From Amoeboaphelidium protococcarum X5 (taxonomy: Eukaryota; Fungi; Aphelidiomycota): a DNA stretch of 64,000 bases. Where the stretch lies: the NCBI GenBank assembly GCA_023515725.1, contig JALDTO010000098.1:584164-648163 (forward strand), in the 5' to 3' direction. Of this stretch, positions 55,415-64,000 are shown piece after piece. Positions within the stretch are counted from its first letter, which is position 1, and each line of letters opens with the position of its first letter. Below the pieces are notes generated by a model that saw nothing but the letters and a program-made list of their open reading frames with translations, had not been told where the DNA came from and searched no databases. The position numbers and the translations under genes were made by a program.

Positions 55415-56479
55415 ATGGTTTATGCAGCGATATCGCGGATCCAGTACAATATCATAATGACATACCTTCTGCTTCTCTATGTTCATTGTCTATAGCGAAC
55501 TTATGTATAAGAGCTATTAGACAATGCTGAGTAAGATTACCGCCGGGCGGTTGAAATGGCCATGACTCCATTGATAAATGATTCTATCAAGTTTCCGTCT
55601 ATTGGTTAGCTACTTGATAAGGAATATTATGGCATGCATAGGAATCGTAGCGGTAATGACAGCGCTTGGTACAATGCTGAACAACATATTTAGAAACGAT
55701 AGCATGATAGCAGGCCGTATCAACTGGATGACCATGCCGATTTTACAGTTGTTCAAAACGATAATGACAATGATGAAGATGGTGATGAAGAGCTGCCGCG
55801 ATTATTTAAGCGTAGTGTTTCAAAGACTTTAAAAGTTGTTACATGGACTGCAGCACATGATCAGTATGCAACTGCCATCAATGAAACTGTGAGTATGCAG
55901 AGACCGCTATGGGTGACCATTGTCCCACAGTTCCAATAGTTTTGTATGGGACGTAATGAGAGTTGGTATTCTGTTGGTAATTCATCGCTTTACGATCCTC
56001 TGAACTCTAAAAGAATATTAAGATTGCAAGAGTTTATGGGCATGCCTCCTCAGTTGCCCAGCACGCGTAATTCCATAGTCACCATGCAGGTAAAGCTCAA
56101 ATACTTAACGAGGCCGTGTTTAAATGGCAAAATTAAGAGGCAATCATGTCAACTTACTGAAATAGTTGAATCTCCGGATGGGAATCTCAGATTATTCATC
56201 AATGGAACTAAATCCGGTCTCGATAATAGTAATCGCAATGTGTCTGAGCATTAACGATGGTTCTACAATCTGGCTGTTAATTCGGGAGTGTACGATTACT
56301 AATCCGAGTTTATATCATCAATATTTCCATGGACGCGGCTTGGTTATACATTCGATTATGGTAGAGATGCCAAGAGAGCCGGTTCATTTGGCGTGGGTGC
56401 TATGGAATTACTCATTGTAGAAGGTGCCCGCGTACGTATAAAGTCTGTAGAATCTATATATGATTACTGCTAAAAGTGA
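55415..56479 (+). CDS. Secreted prepro-protein with a bacterial-like uncharacterised domain (354 aa)
   Basis: Hydrophobic N-terminus, acidic pro-region, LFKR site, then LWVTIVPQ, LRLQEFMGMPP, FPWTRLGYTFDY. Confidence 0.65.
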
Positions 56480-56509
56480 CAATCTATTATAAGTCATATA
56501 AAGTGTAAT

Positions 56510-58503
56510 TCAACATTTACGCCGCTTCTCCTTCTGATAATCTTTATAATCCCTAGCCAAATCATCATCGCTCTCGATTGAATCTTGATCTTCCACTGTA
56601 CTAACTTTACTGGATTACTGCACGGATGTCTTACCACTGGACTATTACGCGTCAATCAATTCCATCTACCTTAGCAATATGGCTTTCCTCTTCTTCTCCC
56701 GCTTCTCAGCCTTTAAAGCTCTAGTCTCCTTCTACTGCTTTTATTTAGACCATGGTTCACTGCTTTTCACTAAGGATTTTACTTGAGCTGCACCTGGCTG
56801 TTATGTATTATACTTTACTGTTTTCGCTTGTGACAGTTATTGCCTCTTCTTCTCTCTAGCTTTCTCCTTGTACTTAATCAGATCCAGATCTTTGTCTCCC
56901 ACAGTGAATTTAAACATCTACAAATCACCGTGTTATTGCTTCCATTATCGAATCTCTGGAGACTTGGGCACTGCTAACAGCATAAACTAACACATGATGC
57001 CATCAATCGGTAACTTGCTAAAAGGGAATATAAATTTCAACTGATGCTCCTTGTATGATTGCATGTAAGAGACAAATGCTCGCACCTGGGCATCAAATAA
57101 CGCTCTATCTTACACAACATTCCAATGTATTAATTGCTCAATCTTTGACTATGAACTTCCAATACTATTCTCCAAAGACGAATTGTAAAAGGAGGGAAAC
57201 TTTAATCCATTTACATCAAGGAGAGATGTATCAAAAGTATAATCAGTCGAGTCTTCCACCATAGGCACTTTCTTCAGTGTGAGATACTCGACGAACGTGT
57301 CTTCATGAGGCATCAGGAAAGTAATAGCTTTGCCACTTTTACCTGACCGAGCAGTTCGCCCACAACGATGCAGGAATGCCTGTGGATCTTATGGCGTGTG
57401 ATATTATAAAACCACGTCAACATCCTCAAAATCAATGCCCCGCGCAGCTACATCTGTGCATAATAAAAGTCCAGTAGTACACTATTCATATTTCAACAAA
57501 ATCTTTGGTCTCTACGAACTATCTTTCTTCCCATGCAGTGCAAATATGTTGTAATCTTTAGGTAGGATTATAGAGAGAACGCGGTGAAAATACTCAACGC
57601 ATAAGCATGTAGCAAAGTATACAATCACCTTTTGACGTTTGTACTTTTGCAACACCCCCAGTAGAGTACTAACGTAATTATGCGCCTCAACGATCTTATA
57701 CACAATACTTAACGAACTGGGAGTACGTTGAATCTACTTGGACACTTTATCTTGAACTTTGACCACAACCTTGACAGGATTTCTCAGACCAGCTTTAACC
57801 AAGTCTTACAACGCGTCAGTGATAGTGGCAGAGAATAAGCCAGTGCGTCTCTATTTAGGTAGACGGGCAATAATCTCACGCACCTACTTATCAAATCCCA
57901 TATCAAGCAGTCGGTCTGCCTCATCAAGCACTAATACCTCCAATTGGGACGTGTTAACTTTACCTGACTTGAGGATTTAATCCAATTTACCAGGAGTTGC
58001 AATTAGTATAGTGGGATTCACCTGATGAAAGTACTTTAGATCTTCATCAACAGTGCAGCCGCCAGTGAGAAGCTGAGCTCTTATCCTAGTCTTTATCTAC
58101 TAATCCACAGAGTCGTCATCGCTTGGCACAAATGCGAGGAATACTTGATGAATCTGACGCGCCAATTCTCTTGTTGGACATATTACTATGGCACCCGCCT
58201 GATTTTCTTTGAATCCATCTGGACGTCTCAGCAGTATTTCCACGATAGGAACAATAAACGCCAGAGATTTGCCGCTTCCAGTCGTAGCCTCCACCACCAC
58301 ATCTTTATGGTTCAGAAACAATGGAATAGAAGACGCCTGCACTGGAGTCATTTAATCAAATCCCAAACATTAGATCACATTTAGACTACAATATGATACG
58401 ATAGTCACTAGATATATAGCGATAAATAAAATATTACGCAATACCTATAAGTAGATAGCTGTGGCTTGATACTACTCCATACACCAGCTGATGCGAAATT
58501 CAT
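56510..58503 (-). CDS. SPB4: DEAD-box RNA helicase Spb4/DDX55; intron 58386-58444
   Basis: [56 protein letters not shown]. Confidence 0.93.
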
Positions 58504-58740
58504 ATCTTTTATTGATACCTTTTCTTTGCTTATGTCTTTTATGCGATTTTCCAAAGCTTTTTACACTGAGGTGTGTGTGATGGTCGCACTTGTCGTGATA
58601 ATGTGGAAAATTAACCGCGTGAACGAATCTAACGCGTTAGTCAGCAAAGCGCGCATTGATTACCATATAGATACCGCATCTTCACGCGTATTAATACTCG
58701 CTAGTACAGTTGCAACAAGTTTTGAGAGCTGTAATTAAAG

Positions 58741-60696
58741 ATGGCTCTGCGGTACATGCTAATTATACTTTTGGCTTACATCGCTGTTGCTTTATGCACT
58801 CCGTTGTTAATCTAGGATGGGAACGATGATGTTGAAATTGAGTGTCGCCGCAATGTAATGACCAAATTGCTCAAGACTATTCGCGCGTCATAGTCCACAA
58901 AGTCTGCAGAGTATCGCCCTAAACTGACTTACCCGCCGCTGATCTCATGGTAGAGATAGGAGGGAATATATGACTCTTTTGTTCATCTCAACTTCAATGG
59001 TAATCTGGGTTTCTTGAGAAATCTGTACAAGTTCCCAGATGACAATTCGTTTGTGACAATGTTCATACTGGAGGCTTTGATTGATTCCTAGCAGTATGCT
59101 CCACAGCTACGCATAACTGATGAAGAATTGCTGCGTGGTGTCAAGGCTATAATCACTCATAAAGATCAGAACGTTGACCAAGATGTCCCGCTATTCTCTT
59201 TCTGGAATCAAGTCAAGATTGATGGTGCTGGATACCGAGCATCACCGCCCAACATTGACGTGCCTCTTGGTGAACTACGCAAAGGATTTGGATACGTGAA
59301 GACAGCACTTGAATGGCTCCATCTAGGTAGTTTGGCAGAGTTGGTCGATAAGGCTCTTGAATTTGAAGATTCCTTCTAAACATCTTTCCGTATCCCTGCT
59401 GATAGTGATGATACTGGCTGTAATCTGGCACTAGGTATGAAATTACTAACTGCGCAGTCTCAGTTCCCTCTTACTGCATCTTAATGGGTCGAATATAACA
59501 AATCTCCATAGACCATTGTTGCATACTACCTGCAGTACGCGTATTATCCCAACTCCAAGACTTATCCTCTGAATGCCGTAGATCCTCGCTCCTACTTGTG
59601 GATTCGAAAGTTTATCAAAGAACGTGTACGTGACCCGAATTTGGCTATAATTTCAACTTGGATGCAGCAAGTGAATGAAGTTGAAGCGTAATGGGAATAC
59701 AAGAGAATGCCATTTAATGTGAACAATGTTGATCTCTCTGTTGTGGCTAACACCATTTTTGGATTCACTCAGTTCTTGATTGTGCAACGTGGAGATGTAT
59801 CTGTTATGTAGACAGATGCATTCAAGAAGATGTATGTTGATAATGTAGATTTGCTGGTATGGTCGTTGAAAAATCGTATCGTCGAAGTGTATCAGACTAA
59901 TGCCTTGTTGTATTATCCACCCAAATTTGCTTTCTATTGGTTTGTGGCCAGAATTTTGTCAGCGATGAAGAATGCAGACTTGCGCAAGCTTCCTAAGTAC
60001 GTTCGTGAATCCAGAGATAAGTTGGAATTGGCAATGAAGTATTATGGAACTGTAGAACTTATCCGCGAAGTTGAATGTCTAAAAGATTAATGTTATTGGG
60101 ACGAGTTTTTAGGTAATGCAGACTCTGCATTCGGACGTGCACATGAGAAGCATGAAGATCGTGTTTTCAGCACTGCAATGGCGTTGAATGCTCTTATCGA
60201 CACTTTTACAACCAAAGGTTTGACTGCAGGCTCTGATTCTTTAAAGTTGAAATTGGATCGCGGTCTGCCCTCTAATGTCAGATAGGTGATTGAGAAGGGG
60301 CACACATTCATGGCCAAGTATGCCAACAAATACCCGAAAGAGAATGCATTTTTCAGCGCATCTATCAAGACTGCGGAGACAACTCCCGTGTCGTTTCCTC
60401 ATAACAGTTTTAAATGGTTGAATGGAACTGATGCTGGTCCGTGCTCCAAGTTTTCCAGTCCGTTCGATTTTGGAATCCTGAATGTGGCTAGAGTGGTTGC
60501 CAGTGTGAGCGGGTATATTAAAGAAGACAAGTACCAGGATATGATTAAGAATTAGGTATGCTTTGGCAATCATGTGCCAGAGAACTTGAACTCAGCCAAT
60601 CTGTCCACCGCGTTGTTTCCATATTGGTCCAGTCCGGCTCTGACTAATTCTATGCAACTACTGACTCTGGCCAAGTATGAAGCGATTTCCCAATGA
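58741..60696 (+). CDS. Secreted uncharacterised protein, probable alpha/alpha-barrel (651 aa)
   Basis: Signal peptide; PDDNSFVT, IPADSDDT, MPFNVNNVDLSVVAN and LLYYPP motifs in one table-6 frame. Confidence 0.65.
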
Positions 60697-61018
60697 TTTA
60701 TAACTTTGAATATATGAGTCATTACACAATTTTGACGAATTGAGGTGTTTAGATTTATTTTAGCTTCCTTAATAGTGGTCTGGGCGTAATCTATCTAAAG
60801 TCATACTGTAGATTAGTCTTAGGACTCGACAGACTTGCATGTGAGTAACAGTGCCGTTAGCTGTGTGTGATCGATCTTTCTGGAATGGACGAATCACATT
60901 CGCTCTTAGATCTGAACTGATTTCCATCTCCATAGTTACTCACCACACTTACTTCTTTAACTTTATCATTAATCAGTATTTTTATTAACAAATATCTATT
61001 CTGAAAATATATCAAGTA

Positions 61019-61954
61019 ATGACAGAGTAGAGTAAGTAAGTGCCAGGATTACATTTTGTACTTGGTGGATTAGCGGCATGTGCCAGCGTGACTTTTACCA
61101 ATCCATTTGAGGTGGTGAAAACGAGACTGCAACTGCAGGGAGAGCTGATCAAAAAGTCACAGCTATCCCCGAAAACTTACAATAGTATTGCACATGCATT
61201 CATAAAGATTGGCCGGACTGAAGGCATACTGGCATTACAGAAAGGTCTGGTACCAGCGTACTTCTATCAAGTCATCATGAATGGAGTCCGATTTGGCGGT
61301 TATGATCTGATAAAAGATCGGGTGTAATCTGTGATTGCTCCTCAAATGCTTAAGGATAATCAGCCGCATTTCCTATCCAATGTGGTGAGTGGCGCCATGT
61401 CTGGTATGTTTGGTGCTGCTCTTGGATCTCCATTTTTCCTAGTGAAGACGCGTCTGTAGAGTGCCAGCGCTGTTAATCCAGTCGGTGTTTAGCATTAGTA
61501 TCGAGGCACTGCTGATGGATTGAGACACATTATACGCAATGAAGGATACAGAGGAATATTTGCAGGCGCATATGCAGCGATGGTGCGTACAGGTGTCGGT
61601 AGTTCAGTTCAGCTGGCCACCTATGATAAGATCAAGGATCTGATCAGATAACATACCGAGTTGAAAAATGAGTTGGCTGCCACTTTTGGCGCATCATTCG
61701 GCTCCGGACTCCTGGTATGCATTTTTATGAACCCATTTGATGTGATTATGACTCGTCTGTATAATCAGCACAACTCTGGGAAGCTGTATCACGGACCAAT
61801 GGACTGCTTCGCCAAGACTGTAAGAGCTGAGGGATTTATGGCGTTATATAAAGGCTTTGGTGCACATTATCTGCGCGTTGGTCCTCACACAATTCTCACC
61901 TTTGTATTCTTGGAGCAATTTCTAAGTCTGGCGCGATATTATCAAATGAAGTAA
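61019..61954 (+). CDS. OAC1: Mitochondrial oxaloacetate/sulfate carrier (Oac1/SLC25A35-like); true stop uncertain (TAA at 61952 or first TGA at 62090)
   Basis: Carrier signatures NPFEVVKTRLQLQGE, SPFFLVKTRLQ, NPFDVIMTRLYNQ; LYKGFGAHYLRVGPHTILTF. Confidence 0.88.
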
Positions 61955-62031
61955 TAATCGCCATTAAATCAATAATAAAAATAACATTAAGCCCTTATTA
62001 AATCTAATCTCAAATCATCTCACTCTTTTGC

Positions 62032-62417
62032 TCACACTGACTTTTGCTTAGCTTCAAGCGACTATTTGTAATCGTATATTCTGTACAATTGATATAGACC
62101 AGTGCCGGCTAAAAACAAATTCACAGTCATCAGGCTGTAATTGACAGGTACAATCTGAGTGGAGTATCGAGTCCAAATCAATCCAGTAGCAGCTAGCGCA
62201 GATGACTGTGACACGCTCAACTTCTCTGCAGGTCTATTGTAATCAGCGAGTCCAGCAATAACAAGAGCCCATTTCATTGCCTACAATTCTATGTGTGATT
62301 AAATTGATGATTAATTAGCCATTTAAAAGAGTTGGTATGAAGACTTACCGGTGCCCAAAAATGGATGTACCTCGGACCAGTCGGGCTATTCATCCATCTA
62401 CCTATTGCCGAAGACAT
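62032..62417 (-). CDS. MPC2: Mitochondrial pyruvate carrier subunit 2; intron 62281-62348
   Basis: PTGPRYIHFWAPAMKWALVIAGLADYNRPAEKLS..ATGLIWTRYS. Confidence 0.92.
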
Positions 62418-62717
62418 TTCGCGTATTCTGTTCAATTGGCTGATTAATTAATTTCTCAGGAAGGAATTTCAATAAAATAAGAGATTGACTAGGTATATGG
62501 TAGAACTAATCACCAAAGATTCCGAGAAAGAGTTGAAAGCGATCGCTCCTTTCAGCAGTTCTTTCTCTCTGTCACATTTAGTCGACGACTGTTTCAAGAA
62601 GTGATTTTTATTGTTTCAACTTCTCAGCTGTTCCTTCGCTTTACTTTTATATTGAACAAATTCACAATCTGCTGCAATAGAGTCATAGTAATTAATTCTA
62701 CGTAAACAGTTTGAAGA

Positions 62718-63941
62718 ATGTCTAGTTTCTTGAGTAAGGTTCTTGATAAAAACAGCAAAAAGGATTTATCTAAATTACCAGCGGAATCATCTTCTCATGG
62801 TGCTGGAGATGCTCACTCCTCTCCCTCTCATGGACATGGTAATGATATGAATAGCAAAGATATCGAGATGCGATCCAATCCGTCTATGGTATTGCAGCAA
62901 CAAGGAAATCGTAGCGATCGGCCGTAGAAGATTAGATTTTAGCTGAAAGACTTTTCCATATAGAGAACTCTGGGTACAGGCAGTTTTGGTAGAGTCCATT
63001 TGGTGCAACGCAGAACCACTGGCGAGTATCTGGCCATGAAAGTGATGAAGAAAAGCGAAGTGATCCGTCTCAAGTAGCTGGAACATACCATGAATGAGAA
63101 GAAGATTTTGGATCAGATTGAGCATCCGTTCCTCATCAACTTGTTGGGCTCTTTCCAGGATACTTTCAACTTGTACTTCATCATGGAATATGTTGCCGGC
63201 GGTGAATTGTTCAGTCTACTGCGTCGCTCTTAGAGATTTTCTAACAATGTTGCAAAAATTTACGCTGCAGAAGTTGTGCTCGCTTTCGAGTATCTTCACT
63301 CCAAGGATATTGTATATCGTGACTTGAAACCCGAGAATCTGCTCATTGGTCATGACGGCCATTTAAAAATTACTGATTTTGGTTTCGCTAAAGCTTGTCC
63401 AGACGTTACTTGGACACTATGTGGAACTCCAGGTAAGAATGTTGCATTTAAAATGTTATTCATCATCCAACTTATTGATCAGTGTGTAGATTACCTTGCT
63501 CCGGAAATTATTCAGTCAAAAGGATATGGAAAGTCGGTGGATTGGTATGCGCTGGGAGTGCTGATCTTTGAAATGCTGGCCGGCTATCCTCCATTCTTTG
63601 ATGAAGATCATGTGAGATTGTATGAGAAGATTCTAATAGGAAAGGTGAAATATCCATCCCACTTTGATCCGGCAGCGAAAGATTTAGTGAAGCATCTGCT
63701 GACGGCTGATCTGAGTAAGCGTTTCGGCAATTTGAAGAACGGCTCCGAAGACATCAAACGTCACAAGTGGTTTGCCGATATGGACTGGAACAAGTTGCTC
63801 AGAAAGGAAATATCTGCTCCTCATATTCCGCATGTCAAGCACCCGGGTGATGCCAGCAATTTTGATGTCTATGAAGAGGATCCAGAGCCATATGGCAGAG
63901 AAGGTATCGATCCATTTGCTGATAAGTTTGCCACCTTTTGA
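62718..63941 (+). CDS. cAMP-dependent protein kinase catalytic subunit; intron 63433-63489
   Basis: [39 protein letters not shown]-terminal FATF-TGA. Confidence 0.95.
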
Positions 63942-64000
63942 AATCGGTAAATTACCGGCAATTCAGCACGCTTCGATATTTCCGTAATTTGTCACCGCAA

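Noticed and set aside
54649-55529. About 290-codon + strand table-6 ORF
   Set aside because: No recognisable motif; overlaps the upstream region of one gene and the start of the next; long ORFs arise more easily with a single stop codon
63433-63489. 19-aa insertion in the PKA activation segment shown in the ORF track
   Set aside because: It is an in-frame 57-nt GTAAG..TAG intron

Overview
Very gene-dense eukaryotic nuclear DNA (about 35 genes, short GT-AG introns mostly 53-84 nt) in which TAA and TAG encode glutamine and TGA is the stop (ciliate-type code, table 6). This is why the supplied ORF track is fragmented. Fungus/opisthokont-like proteins combined with this code point to an aphelid such as Amoeboaphelidium protococcarum (inference, not checked). 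Most genes are housekeeping: Vps34, QCR2, UTP11, ALDH7, an FGD RhoGEF, ERG9, polyubiquitin, NDUFA9, ERG25, CAB5, PTH2, EMC10, GPR89, SPB4, OAC1, MPC2 and PKA. The main finding is a 3.1-kb TA-flanked TIR element (50979-54105) without an intact transposase that carries an apparently intact, intron-containing Fanzor (eukaryotic TnpB-like RNA-guided nuclease) recoded to the host code, with a predictable omegaRNA, guide and TAM. Also notable: a dephospho-CoA kinase and a bacterial-type GH20 hexosaminidase in one frame separated by a single TGA; two genes whose homology ends exactly at G-TAA; a Crinkler-type NTPase-REase pseudogene; and a 13-bp motif shared upstream of two respiratory-chain genes. 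All translations were done by hand with table 6 and no database searches were run.
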